Source of the DNA: Rhynchobatus australiae
Lineage: Eukaryota
Reading direction: 5' to 3'
Length of the DNA: 64,000 bases
Assembly: GCA_034780895.1 (NCBI GenBank)
Contig: JAUZTB010000057.1
Location: 12,668,307-12,732,306, forward strand
Shown: positions 28,261 through 41,635 of the stretch, piece by piece
How positions within the stretch are numbered: the stretch's first letter is position 1
Layout: each line of letters starts with the position of its first letter
Program-made: the position numbers and the translations under genes
The notes under the pieces: model-generated
Database searches by the model: none
Told to the model about the DNA's origin: nothing
Seen by the model: the letters and a program-made list of their open reading frames with translations, nothing else

Positions 28261-30589
28261 AATTCTCCCTTCCCTTTCTCCTGTTGCAGTGTACCTGTTA
28301 TTACACCAAATAAAGTATCTATTTCTTACAGAACTTACATTTCAGTGTTAGCCGATAAACACGACAAAAGGGGTTTATGTTGCTCATTTATTCCCCTCCT
28401 AATTAAGGACAGCAAGACCAGTAAACTGTCTCCTCCCTTTTTCACTTTAAATGTTAAATTACGGTTTGTACCAGACTCCACTGCGAAACACAGCAATGCA
28501 TTTATTCTCTGAGTAGAAGCACAGTGGACAAACTGCAAGAGTCTTTCTTAATCCATGGCACACATTCAGTGCCACATTTTGAATACTTTCAGATGAGATA
28601 TTAATATTTTAACATACAGCCAAAACTAACTTCAATAATTTTGAGCACCAGCCCATCTACGGTATAAAAACACTGCAAAGGCTCATGTAGAAATTAGAAA
28701 AAGATTTAGATTTATGTATCAAGTAACTTTCAGAATGACCCAAAGTTCCATCCGCCAATTTCAGTAATTTCATAGCCTCATGTCCATTGTAATGTCATAA
28801 GCTGAAGAAACTGTACACATTGTAGAAACATTCCTTAACTATCTTCTAATAAAACTTATTCTGACCTAATTTACAATTATAATAAAAAGTAAAGATTTCT
28901 CATACATAAGCAAATTAATTGCACATAAGAGTTAACAAAAATTAGCAACAAAGAAAACAAAAGTAAAATTTTAATATTATCACTGATCAAACAAACATGC
29001 TCAAAATTTTATTCGTAGTATGGTGTTGTCATTTCCAGCTCAGCAAACAATTGCATGCATTAATAAAAAATGAAGGGTCATAGAAGCTCAGCTTTAACAT
29101 TGCAACACAATACTTTTATTATGGTCATGAACTCCAAATAGGGCAACCACATCACCACAAAGGTCAGCTTTCAAATATTTATATCTGCATAATGATGCAA
29201 CTGACAGGTAAGCACTTCAAAATATAAGTGAGAATCTCCTAATGTGCTGATCAGTCTCAGACAAGTACTCAGTCCTGCGACACATCTGGGTTCAAAAAGG
29301 AGTTCCTACATTATTAAACCTTAAGTAAGGATCTACCAAGTTGGACAAGTAAGCTTGGGCAGTAGAAAGGGTGCTACAATTACGTAGTAGCTAGAAGAGA
29401 TATGGAGGAAGAGGCAGAAACTCATCTAAACTACCTGACCCTGATTCCACCTTGCAAATCCTGACAGAATATGATTTCTCTTTACCTTTCGTTCCCATCC
29501 ATTTCATTCCTGGCCAGAGTACCAAGCTTCAAATTTGAGGACTTTATTCAAAATTACAGCAAGTACTCTGTTTCCTGAGACAAATTTTAACAACTTAGTG
29601 TTTTAAAGTCATATTTAGTCTCTTATCAAATCTTATTCCTGACACGTGTACAGTATTTGAGAACAAAACAATCAGACTCAGGTCGCAGAAGGCATTTGTT
29701 TCCTGAATTAAACAAAATTACTGTAATTTTATAAACATTTAAAAAGAACTAGAAACTTGACCATGCTTAAGTTATTTAGCTGCTCTTTAAAACAAAATAT
29801 CTAATATTCTGGACAAGATTCATCGTGCCTTCACTGAATGTCATTTTCCTTACTGCATTTTTGTCCAGAAATGACTTTTAATATGATTCAGTCAAGGAAA
29901 TCTTAAAAACGTAACAATCAGCACGAATTAGCAATTATGCCAGACAGAATTACTTCAACCTTGAGATATTGTTTTATTATTCAGCAATTGTCTGATTAAA
30001 TAAGGAATTAGCTTGTTTAAAGCAGAGCTGAAGTGAAAATAAATGTCAACAATACAAAAGCCAGGTCATTTATTTGTATCCTGGTTTAGTTTATTATTTA
30101 AGGACTCTTCAACTTAAATGGAACTTATTTCTTCAAAACTAAGAGGANNNNNNNNNNNNNNNNNNNTCTTTTGCCTGCAGATAATTTTAACTCACAGCTA
30201 ACTGGTGCATGAGTGATCTAGGATGAACAAGAATTAACTTCCTCCATCACTGCATGATGGTCTATTATTTCTAATTAGACAGGCCCAGCCACCCAATAAA
30301 ATATTAAGATCCAATCTCCCAACTAATCAGAGACAACCTCATATTATGCAATCAAACTCAATTCATCCACTGGTATTTTCACAATATATACAAGACTAAT
30401 ATTTCAAAGTCATTAGTAGCATAGCTCTTGTCATAGTACTGGAAGATTGTGGGTATAATTCTCCAGAGATTAAAAATATATAATCTACATTGATGCATGG
30501 CCTCTGAGCAAAAACAGCTTACAATAAGGAGAGTTTAGCATCCACAACCAATCACATTGAAGCTCTGCAGTCTTAACATAGCTAATCAT

Positions 30590-31190
30590 GAATGATAGTG
30601 GACAATAAAATAGTTGAGGGGAGGAGGAGGAGGAGGATACAAGGACATCCCCATCATCATTGATGGAGGGGCCCAGCACGAAGGCCAAAAACTAATTTGA
30701 ATTGTTCATAATTAACTTCAACAGGAACTGTCAAATGGGCAATCCATTTCAGCTTCGTCCTGAAGTACTCACAATATTAGAAACTAGTCCTCAACCAATT
30801 CAATTCACTCTGTATGATATCAAGAAATGGCTGAAGCACTGGATGCAACAAAGATTATGGGACCAATCAACCTCCTGGTTATAGCACTCAAGTCTCATGT
30901 TCCAGGGAAATCCATGCCATCAGCAAAGTAATGGGAGGTGTCATCAACATGGTTACCAAGCATCCTTTATTTAACTATAATCTGCTCATCAAAGCTCAAT
31001 TTGGGATGTGTCAGGACTACTCAGATCCAGACCTCATTATAACATTGGTTGAAATAAGGAAGAAAGAATTGAATTTGAGTTGAATTTTAGACTGGCTACC
31101 TTGATGGAATTTGATAGAGTGAAGCAACAAGGACTCTTGATAAAACCTTAATGGGTATCAAGGGGAAAAACATTCTACTGGTTGTAGGTT
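30590..31190 (+). mobile_element. Old CR1/L2-clade LINE RT relic
   Basis: Remnants IQFTLYDIKKWLK, 'KAQFG..Q.YS.PDLI' and a degenerate AFDRV, with many indels. Confidence 0.6.
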
Positions 31191-32134
31191 AAAAAATTGG
31201 TATTTAATATAAAAATGCAATTTCAACTGCACAACCAAAATGCACGGGGTACATTAAAAATCCATCAAAATCTACATGCCATTTCACTGTTTATATCCAA
31301 AAATTAATTTTCACAAGATCACAAGGGAGCAGAGGAAGGCCATTCGGCCAATCGAGCCTGCTCCATGGAAATGGAAATGAGAGGGAGAAGTGATGGGGGG
31401 AAAGAGGGAATTTTGATTTCTTTCCCCACACATATTTACAATAATAACTGCAATGTGCTTTCATAACACTGCTATTAGATGCAAAACTATGCACATTACA
31501 TAATGACAAATAGGAGGTACAATAACGTACTTTCCTATCAATTAAAGATGTTTGAAAGATTTTCAATTTTTCATACTTTTAGCAGGGGAATTTACTAGGA
31601 GTATACTCAGCAACAACATCTACTGTATTGCATAAACTATAAAGAAAATGCATTCAATCATATGCATTCAATTACACATACAACTCATTAAAAAGTTTTT
31701 AAAATCAAAGAATTCAGACACATTTTTAACCTCAAATTTATTTGGGGGGNNNNNNNNNNNNNNNNNNNNNNNNNNNNNNNNNNNNNNNNNNNNNNNNNNN
31801 NNNNNNNNNNNNNNNNNNNNNNNNNNNNNNNNNNNNNNNNNNNNNNNNNCCCCGAGCCTGACAGTTGACCCCGGCGTCCGTGAGACCCCTGCCACCCTCG
31901 GACGGGGAGCGGGAGATAGAAGGCTGACCCTTTCCCACCCCTCCCCTCGACCACCGTTCAACGCATCAAGTCTGCCCCCTCCCGTTTGACCACGGGTGAT
32001 TTATTTGCCCCCCCACCCCCCATTTGATGAGATTGCTGCTTTCCAGTTATTCCTGGGAATATGTTGTAATTCTCAACTCTAATGCAATATCATTGTACGC
32101 TTGAAATATTCAATTACTTCAGATATTTTCTTAC

Positions 32135-32223
32135 CCAGAAACTATCATTCCATTGCACGAATGTGCATCACATAATATTCCTCCGACGTCATAATGTAAC
32201 TGGCTTGCAGCTCCAATGCGATT
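32135..32223 (-). CDS. FBXW8: FBXW8 coding exon 4 (89 nt, start of WD40 region; absent from the ORF track)
   Basis: TTTCCAACAG acceptor, GTAAGA donor in phase 2. Encodes NRIGAASQLHYDVGGILCDAHSCNGMIVS(G), versus human NRKGAVSELEHVPDTVLCDVHSHDGVVIAG. Confidence 0.93.
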
Positions 32224-32709
32224 CTGTTGGAAATTAGAAGGTCTTGTAGAATATCAAAAGAAACATTATCATTTTACAACAAATCTTCAGCATAATGCTC
32301 ACTAAAATAGTCAATGCAAAACTGGATTTGTGCACACAACTGTAACCAACACAAAGTTAATGAGAACTTATATAAAGATGCAGTTTGATCACCAGCCAAA
32401 GTAAAGAAGATAATCTACTGCTTTGTCTTTATTGACAATATTTAAACGTCCAGTCTAGATAAAAAATTGCAGCTGAGAACTTAATATGGGAGAGAAGTTG
32501 GAACACTTGACATTAAAACATTTGATATAGAAAACAGAAATTGTGTTATAGAAATTGTTTAATAAGTTTAGTTTTTTGTTGAAAGTTGTTTAATAGGTTT
32601 CCAGAGTCAAGGAGACGTGGCTAGGCAAAAAGTTCTAAAAAATTTGTGTACAGGGACACGGAGAAAGAAAGATGTCTCCAATAGTAGCATGGAGAAAACA
32701 AAACATATA

Positions 32710-33066
32710 CAGGTCCTGCCCAGGTTACAGCAGGGTTCTGTTCCTGTGAACTGTTCATAATCCAGACAGTTTGCAAGGTGGAAATGCAGCACTGAAGAGT
32801 TTCCACCTGGCAGANNNNNNNNNNNNNNNNNNNNNNNNNNNNNNNNNNNNNNNNNNNNNNNNNNNNNNNNNNNNNNNNNNNNNNNNNNNNNNNNNNNNNN
32901 NNNNNNNNNNNNNNGGTGGAAATGCAGCACTGAAGAGTTTCCACCTGGCAGAAGATGCCTGCAGCTCCAAAGCAGCCAGCAAATCCAGCCATAGGTCTCC
33001 AAAATGCTTGTTCATATGTCTGGGCTGTACATAAGTTGGGCATTCATAACCTGGGGAGGACCCGGA
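32710..33066. mobile_element. Degenerate MITE (pogo/Tigger-like) with terminal inverted repeats
   Basis: The left end TA|CAGGTCCTGCCCAGGTTA pairs imperfectly with the right end TAACCTGGGGAGGACCCG. An artefactual gap lies inside. Confidence 0.5.
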
Positions 33067-33489
33067 CAGTAATCAAAGCCAAAGCTTTCTGTCATTGTTG
33101 ATGTAATACAGGAGGTTTCCCAGTTGAAATGCAGCGATTTCTTAGAGGTTTCCAAAGGCAAGCATGGTGCTGTCAAAATCACTTTGCCCACAGAAAATCA
33201 GGAGGATTTGGTAGTGTAAAAATAATGCTTGTGCTGAGGATGCTACACATGAATTATTTGCACAGCTTATGTAGGGAATGCTCTGGAGGTGAACAAAGTC
33301 TCAATGATGGACTGTATTTGGTGAATGAGATGCATACAGCAAACAGCAAAGGAAATAATTTTAGTGTTGTCTCTGTAGCAAGGTGTTAAGTTTTCAATCT
33401 TTGTAACTTGATGCAGAACAAGTCAAAGAGAGGAGGCACATAATATCACTGTCAAACAAGATTAAAGAAAATAGACAAAAGAGACGACG

Positions 33490-33700
33490 TCGGCTATAAT
33501 TGCTGAGGATGATGTTTTCAATGTGGAGGCTGGAGGGATGAAAGGTGAGGACCGAGGTAACTCTATTGCTGTTCTGCCTGGGGAGAGGGTGGTCAGACAG
33601 ATGTGCGGGAAATGAAGGAAATACGTGTGAGGGCTCCATCAGCTATGGCAGAGGGAAAGCCATGCTTCTGGAAGAAGGAAGACATTTCAGAAGCTGGCAA
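33490..33700 (-). mobile_element. Penelope-like element ORF fragment (region between RT and endonuclease)
   Basis: Encodes ASEMSSFFQKHGFPSAIADGALTRIS and, after a frameshift, RVTSVLTFHPSSLHIENIIL (the RVPLVLTFHP-type motif). Confidence 0.75.
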
Positions 33701-34082
33701 TCTTTCCTGTTCCCTCTCAGTCCTTATACAGAGTTGTNNNNNNNNNNNNNNNNNNNNNNNNNNNNNNNNNNNNNNNNNNNNNNNNNNNNNNNNNNNNNNN
33801 NNNNNNNNNNNNNNNNNNNNNNNNNNNNNNNNNNNNNNNNNNNNNNNNNNNNNNNNNNNNNNNNNNNNNNNNNNNNNNNNNNNNNNNNNNNNNNNNNNNN
33901 NNNNNNNNNNNNNNNNNNNNNNNNNNNNNNNNNNNNNNNNNNNNNNNNNNNNNNNNNNNNNNNNNNNNNNNNNNNNNNNNNNNNNNNNNNNNNNNNNNNN
34001 NNNNNNNNNNNNNNNNNNNNNNNNNNNNNNNNNNNNNNNNNNNNNNNNNNNNNNNNNNNNNNNNNNNNNNNNNNNNNNNNNN

Positions 34083-34800
34083 CTGATGAGATGCATTCCA
34101 GATTGCTCTCGGAGGCAAGGAAGGAGATTGCTGGGACCCTGTTGGAGGTATTTAACTCTGCACCAACCACAGGTGAAGTACCAGATGACTGGAGTACAGC
34201 AAATATTGTACCTTTATTGAAAAAGGACATCAGGAATAAGCCAAGTAATTACACGAATGTGAGTCCACCATCAGTGGTAAGGAAGTTATTGGAAAAAAAT
34301 TACAAGGGAAAGGATTAACTCACAGTTGAAAAGGCAGGGACGAATCAAAGATAGCATGGCTTTGTTAGGGAGAAACCCCATCTGACCAATTTGATTGAAT
34401 TTTTCTCATGGGTAATATTGATGAGGACTATGCTGTTGATATAGTCCACATATAGTTCAGCAAAATCAAAGTCAAATTTTTTGTCATTTGCACAAGTACA
34501 GGTGCAATGAAAAACTTATTCGCAGCAGCATCACAGGCACAAGGCCTTTGACAAAGTCCAACGTAGGAAACTAGCACCAGACGTTAGAATCCATGGGAGT
34601 CAACGCAGGTTGATAAATTGGATACTACACTGGCCTGGGAATGGGAGGCAGATGGTGATGGTGGAGAGTTGTTTTCGTGATTGAAAGTGAGAACCAATGG
34701 TGCATCACAGGGGTCGGTGCTGGAACCTTTACTGTTTGTTATATACATTAACTATTTGGATATGAATCTCGGCAGTATGGTTAATAAGTTTATGGAGGTT
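34083..34800 (+). mobile_element. CR1 LINE RT fragment with a short nested insert at 34464-34539
   Basis: Motifs LLSEARKEIAG...GEVPDDWSTANIVPL, QHGF, FSK/AFDKV and QGSVLEPLLFVIYIN. Confidence 0.88.
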
Positions 34801-34834
34801 CTCATAAGACAGTGAAGATGTTCTGCTATTCAAG

Positions 34835-35010
34835 GAAGTTTTAGCGTATCCTTGAATCTATTGTTTGTCCATCTGCTAATCTCCTCTCAGTACAGTCTGC
34901 TATTCCCACATTGACCTCACTAACCACCTCAGAACCCATAAGAGCAGAGTGGAAGCAAGTCATCTTTGATCTCAAGGGATTGCCCAAGAAGAAGCAGCAG
35001 CAGCAGCAAG
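34835..35010 (+). mobile_element. RTE-clade LINE 3' end with AAG/CAG microsatellite tail
   Basis: GAGTGGAAGCAAGTCATCTTTGATCTCAAGGGATTGCCC followed by AAGAAGAAG(CAG)n. It is homologous in antisense to the end at about 46030. Confidence 0.65.
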
Positions 35011-36339
35011 AAAGCCTCAGAAGTTTTGGCCATGGACCTCCTTCCACAAACTTCAGTTCAAGAATTGGGACGGTCAGTAGCCAGAGACCTGACTGGAGTC
35101 TGTGCTGTCACTGGGGATGAAAAGGAGAAGGATTGATGAAGGGATCTCAAGATTGGGCCTGGAATTGTAATGGAGGATTAGTTAACTGGATGGAGCTTAT
35201 ATCTGTTTTGGGACTCATAGTTGGGAGAACCGGAATGTCGCAGAATCAAGGAACAGAAGGCATCTTAATGGTTTTATCCTGGCATTTTTTGGGACAATCA
35301 GATCTTCTGGGCCACAGACGAGTCTCAGGAGGTGGAGGGAAGTTGGATTCTACATTGATAAAGGAGGTGGTGCTGATTGGGTAGATGGGGAGCCATAAAA
35401 ATCTAAGTTTTATAACGAATTTAATCTGACAATTATCCCAGTCCTGCCTTGTGCTGGGAAGATCTAATTGTCCCAAAAATGCCCAAATGTGGTCATTTGC
35501 AGAAGAGAGTATTCACCCATATTTCCCTCAAAATGCAATTAAATTAGCCACAGGATTTTCAGCGCCATGCAAGTCCACCATCAGTGGTAAGGAAGTTATT
35601 GGAAATGATGTGATTCAATTTCTAAACTATTTACTTTCTCGTTATGCATTTTCACTCTAAATATTAATTGGTAATTGTGGATAGATTTGGAGGACTTGCT
35701 GATATAAATCCATGGGAAAGCCCCAGAATAAATACATGGATACACGCTGCTTCAAAACATAGAAAATCTGGAATCACTGACATTAATTAAGCTTTTTGTT
35801 TGGACGCCTGCAGTAAATCCTCCATATCAATTCATTATGACTAGTTTCACTGTTTTCACTTCATGCTTGAAAGCCACTGGAAAACCTTTTTCACTAATAA
35901 TCAGGATAATGAAGTTGTTGAGACATAATGATCTGTCCTACAGTTATTTTTGAGGTATCCTTGTGCACTCAGTGAATGAGTTAATGAGTTAATGATATCT
36001 TTGAACTGAGCCACTCAAACTCTGAGCATGCGCAAATGCATGCACAGTCTGCATACTGCATCTTGAGACATTGGTGAACCCTTGGTTTTGGAGTGTAATG
36101 GTAAAAGGTTGAATAGTTTCCCCTCAGTTCTGAAGATTAACTCCACTCCCACGGGAAGTTTGTTGGAGGTGAGGTACAACATTGGGATGAAAAAAATTAA
36201 GAATCATTTTACGGCAATCACACAACCTTATTTTCCATAGGTCTTCAGTGGGGTGGGCCACAAGTGTTTGAACCAAAGACGACTTTTATGAACCCATGCA
36301 CGAGTTGCTGAACATCATGCCCTTTCTCCATCCACTATC

Positions 36340-36990
36340 TGTTCTTTAAGTCATGGATTTTCTGCTGGACCTCTGCCTTCGAGTGCATGTAGAGCTATAT
36401 ATTTTCCCTTGAATAAAGGTGAAGCTTCCAATGCAGTACAGTTGATTAGCTCCGTAGTCTCTTTCTCATTTTCATCAAACCAGTCCTGGTTCTTCTTGAT
36501 AGAAAAGCCAAGAGTTTCTCTATGGCTGTCCATTATGGTGGACTATAAATAAGTCCCCAAGCTCTGGGTGCTTTGTAGCTTCTGTAGGCTGAGATTTGCC
36601 AATTTGTCTGCAAGGTGCTGTCTGAAGACAATTTGTCTGTGAGGAGCTGTCTGAGAAAAGCCACCTTTGTGGCATCTTTGATAACTTCTGCGTTCATCTT
36701 CTTACAGCATTGCTTCTGACACTGATGTTTTGGGGCCAGATTAATGAATATAATAGAGGAGATTAGGCAGCAGCTCGTCCAGCAGTTATCAGTGCTTGTG
36801 AAGGCACAAGAGATACAAAGGTCTCTGAAGTCCATCTCTTGGATGATGATAGAATCTAACAGCTGCCAGTACTTGGACTAAGGGTGTTGCACTGGCTGTT
36901 TGTTATAACAAGGCAAGGCTCCAAGCATTTCGTCAAGGGAGAGATTCTGCTGGAACGAGTCTTCCTTACTCTTTCCTTGCTAATCCCTGC
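36340..36990 (-). mobile_element. RTE-clade (BovB-like) LINE fragment, end of endonuclease plus linker
   Basis: Motifs HP.SKYWQLLD.III, D.CI..A....D.CWT and KNQDWFDENEKE.. match RTE hallmarks (HPRSKHWHLIDY, DCWTDH, HQDWFDEND). Confidence 0.75.
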
Positions 36991-37009
36991 TTACTAGGGA
37001 GTTGTGGTC

Positions 37010-37345
37010 CAGAATGTGGGAAGGTGTGCAGCTACAGCGGAGATTGGGAATGTAGGTTAGGTGTGCAGCTGGTGCAGAGGTTCAGGAATGTGGGCCTGAT
37101 GGGCAGTTGGTTCAGAGTTACAGGAATGTCAGCTAGGTGTGCAGTCAATGAGGAGGTTCAGGATTGTGGGCTGGAGGTGCAGCTGGTTCAAAGGTTCAGT
37201 AATGTTGGCTTGGTGTACAACCGAAGAGGTGGTTCAGGAACGTTGGCCAGATGTGCAGCCGATAAGGAGATTCAGGATTGTGGGCCTTTGTCAAAGTACA
37301 TGGTTGGCACTGAGGAACAGGACCATGGGTAGGTGTGCGTAGGCG
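37010..37345. repeat. Degenerate minisatellite (unit about 35-40 nt, GGTGTGCAGCTGGTNNAGAGGTTCAGGAATGTGGGC)
   Basis: About 8 diverged copies with recurring GTGCAG and GGTTCAGGA motifs. Confidence 0.75.
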
Positions 37346-38984
37346 TGGGGCTGCATCTGGGGGTCAGGAGCACGGGTATGTTTGTGGATGAAGCTGTGGA
37401 CTGGAAATAAGGCCCAGTACGTGACCAGGCTTGGGCTGTGGTAACCAGGTGAGAAGCTGCTGTGTGTGTCCATCCTTATGCCACTGGATCAAGACCTTGC
37501 TCTGTGAAGCCTGTCTACAACAGTGACACCACGTTCAAAGAAACCACACAGAAGCAAATTCCATTCCACAATATAAAATTCATGGACTGTTATGTTACCT
37601 ACCCTCATGGACAATCCCAGTAGCCTCAGACCTGAATGCTGGTCTGCCATCGTAGCTAAGGAATTCAACACGCTTTGACACCTACATCTTTGCAATGAGA
37701 CATATTAAGCAGGAGATGGCCAGTTTAAAAAACAATACAGTGGCTACATCTTCTTCTTTTGGAGGGATAAACCAGAAGAGGAGTAGGCTCTGAGAATGAA
37801 TGAGTTAGACTGATATCTCAGCAATTCCCTGTACAGAACTAGCAAATACTTATGACCATTTAGCTCACTCTAACACAGAACCCTGAAAGCTTCAGAAGAA
37901 GCCACAGAAAGACTTCCTTCTCCAACCTTGGAAAAAGTCCTGGTTTGCATCCCAAAACCACACTGCAATATTATTCTAACACATACTGGTTGCACTGAAT
38001 TTCTCGCCACAGAAGCAGAAAGAAAAAAAATGATAACCTCCTTTGATTTTGTAAAAACAACTGGGTAAAGAATGATGGCCAAAACATTGTCATTATGTTT
38101 AATAAACTGATTTCTCAGACTACCATTACTGAAAAGGTAGAAGCATTCATCCAAGAATATTATACTAAAATCTTATTTCAAAGTCAATAAGTGATACTTT
38201 AACCTGAACTCTACTGGCAACAATTATGATAAAGACAAAATGAGCAATGGGTACAAGTGTCATTGGTAGATTATGCACTAATCATTTTGGAGGAATCAAT
38301 CTGCCTTCAAGGATTAGTTATGCAGGTTGTGAACTACTTGCAATTTAATCTGTTTTTACAATGCAGCACATCATTTTGCTTAGTTTATAAAGGATAATCA
38401 AGTTTCTTACTTTTGCATAAAATATCAAAAGTTAAACACTCTTTGGCAGTACATTAATTTGTTGGAGAAACCCAAAGTGAGTAAGTGCAAGAACAATGAG
38501 GTAAATTAGAAAATAAGGATGTTTGGAATTGAGGATAAGAATATGGTGCAGTTTCATTTATCTTAAACAAGGGGTTAAATGATAGTTAGTTTCAATTTAT
38601 TATTTTTAAAGATCATTTAGAGAAAAATGTAATATATTACTTGTCCAAACAAACAATTTAACAACATTTGCTTTAAGAGGGCAAGGAAATTATATTTAAG
38701 TGTTATAACCACAAGCAATTCTTAAAGGAATATAGAGTAAGCTCCATTACCTAAAAAAAAATGAATGAAATAATTAAATCTAACTGAATCACAGATTTAC
38801 TAGGATAAATTAGTAATTTCAGTAGATGGCGTTACTTTATGCAATTTCAAAATTAATGCCTGTAAATTGTCAAAAACTTCATAATCAAAAACTTCTGTAC
38901 CAATTTTTAACATTCAGTAAATCACTGCATTATTGCTCTCACTTGATAGTTGTTCTCACTTTGCAGTGTAAACATATAATAGTC

Positions 38985-39517
38985 AGACCTGAACACCACA
39001 AAAAAGGGCCCTTTGGCCCTCCATGTCGATGCTGACCTTTTTGCTCATCGACACTGATCCCATTTGCCTACAATAGGTCCATATACTTCTATGCCTTGCC
39101 TATTCAAGTGCCTGTACAAATGCATCTTTAATATAGTGACTGTACCTAATGCCAGCACCTCCTTTGGCAGCAAGTTCCAGGTATCAAACACACTTTGTAT
39201 AAAAAAACTTTCACCTCAAATCCCCTTTAAAACTCCTTCCTCNNNNNNNNNNNNNNNNNNNNNNNNNNNNNNNNNNNNNNNNNNNNNNNNNNNNNNNNNN
39301 NNNNNNNNNNNNNNNNNNNNNNNNNNNNNNNNNNNNNNNNNNNNNNNNNNNNNNNNNNNNNNNNNNNNNNNNNNNNNNNNNNNNNNNGCCCTATTTATGT
39401 CTCTTTTAATTTTGTAAACCTCTATCAGGTCACCCCTCAGCCTCCTAAACTCCAGGGAAAACAAACCCAGCCTTTCCAATCTCTCCTCGTAACTTAAGAC
39501 CTCCAATCCAGGCAACA
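38985..39517 (-). mobile_element. CR1 3' fragment, contains a gap
   Basis: Encodes [36 protein letters not shown], followed by 3' UTR. Confidence 0.9.
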
Positions 39518-41635
39518 AAGTAAAATATCCAATATCATGGCACTGGTCATTTTCATATCAGTTGGATAATTTGGAATGAAAATAAACTATTATGGGATAC
39601 ACAGAAAATATTTTAAGCCTTTGATTGGTACAAACTGTCCAGCTTCTATACCAAAATAAACTTTAATTGAATAAAAATGTAAAGGTCTGGCCACTGTGCT
39701 AGTGTCATGATACACAGTAAAATCAAGAACAAGTGTTAATGTACTGGAATACAATTTGTAAATCTGCAATTCCTAAAAAGAACTTTGTGATTTATGGACA
39801 ATCGGGGCAGCCCCAAAATTAATACCATCAGCAGCAACTTAAAACAATAACAACAAGACTGAGTTGTAATGGATATATTGAGCATCCAGCAATGTTTGTT
39901 TGTTTTTATTCTAATCTACTATATCTGCCAGAGATGCAAATGTGCATTGCAGTACTGAATTATTGAAAATATCCAGGTGGCTGGCGGTGGTGGATGTGGA
40001 GGCAGAGTTGGCAGTGGTAACGATTACTCTTGGTAAATATTATGCATGTGCTATTTTGTGCAAGACTTTGATTCACTGAGCAACAAAAGCTGTTTTTGTT
40101 TTGATGCATGAGTGAGCACCATTATGAAACCACCTCAGATGTACTGGCATCAATGAGGTCATCCTCCAAACATATTTTCCTGTAGGCTAAATAAGTTATA
40201 AAGTTATAGGACCAGAGGAATAATGTGGACTATTTCCACACTCAAGCTGTCACCCATTTTTCCATGCACTGCAAATTTACTTTAATGGTTCCATCACCAC
40301 TTAGAGATTGCAAAAAAGAGGCTGGATGCTCCCCCAGGGAAGAAGATTTGGAGGGACAGTTGCCTTTGGATTTGATTGAAAAAGAATTCAAGCCCTTTTA
40401 AAAAAAATGCATTCGTACCAATCTGGAAACTGATCTACCCTCTAAATTGTCTAAAAAATAAAATACCAAATAAATTTGCATTCAACAGCAAGTACTTTCA
40501 AAGACCTACATGATTAAAAGCTGTCAAAATTCAGCGTGTTCATTGTTACAGAAATGGAGTTAGACTAGCAAATAAGCTGCTTGTGACACTCAAAAAAAGG
40601 CAAAAAGCTTCCCCATCCGATCTGTCCAACAACAAATTAAAGCAGTGCATGGTATTGAAACAAGGTCTCCAGACCACCTTCTGCCAGGTTCATTTTACAA
40701 TCTGCGCCAATATTCACTGGTCTAAAATGAGGCACTAAAATTGGCCTCCATTTACTGGAGCAGTTGGTAAACATGTGCATGGATACAAGCTAAAATGGCC
40801 ACTTGGATGAGTAGCTGATGAGTAACTGTCACTTATGGCATTGTATCCCATAAGAGTCAGTAACTTCAGAAAAGGAAGGGAAAATAATTTTAAGAAAGAA
40901 ATTTTGGCTTTAAAAAAAATGTACATTGCTGCTAAACAATTAACATTCAATTACTTCAAATAATTTCCAAATATTTTACCTTTAACAATAAGAGTTAATA
41001 GCATCCCGACCTTACCGGCTGGGAAAGGAATAGATGTAAGTCTAAGCAGGATAACTTATGGTACAGGTAAGAATATACTAGATCATTGAAATATTCTGAT
41101 TCCATACCAAGTGGAATTCCTAGGAAATTTCTAGTTGGCATCATTTTGTTAAGACATTTTTAAAAAATGGCAACAAAAGCAAAACTAAAATTATCCTGCA
41201 AGCAAAATAACTATAATTTTGATTTTTTTAAAATAAGAATGGACAGAAGAGGAATAAAAGATTTTGCATTCATACAAAGTGAGAAACAATCACTTTACTG
41301 GCAATTTAAAACAGCTCCCTCAATAGTTCAGAACACTCATTTGGGGAATAACTGTGGCACAAAGACCAAAAAGGTTACAGGTTTATTTTCTGGTTGATAC
41401 TATTTCAGCTTAACTCAGTTAGGACAAGAGTAAAGTTGTCATAATTAGCTTCTACACTCCTTATTATAGATTGGTGAATTTGTCAAGGTTCCTTTCCTTG
41501 TGCAACCCAATAACCATTATTCAAAGTTCATTTCTGTATATAGCATAAGTACAGTGCAATTAAATAGCTTTTGATACCCTTAATGACTATGCTCGAATGA
41601 ATAAAGATCATCGAAGTGAGGTATAGCTGGGTGGT

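Noticed and set aside
34911-35120. ORF with a KKKQQQQQ tract
   Set aside because: It is the AAG/CAG microsatellite tail of an RTE element.
37010-37345. Regularly spaced motifs reminiscent of a CRISPR array
   Set aside because: The units are degenerate throughout with no unique spacers and no cas genes, in a vertebrate intron. It is a minisatellite.
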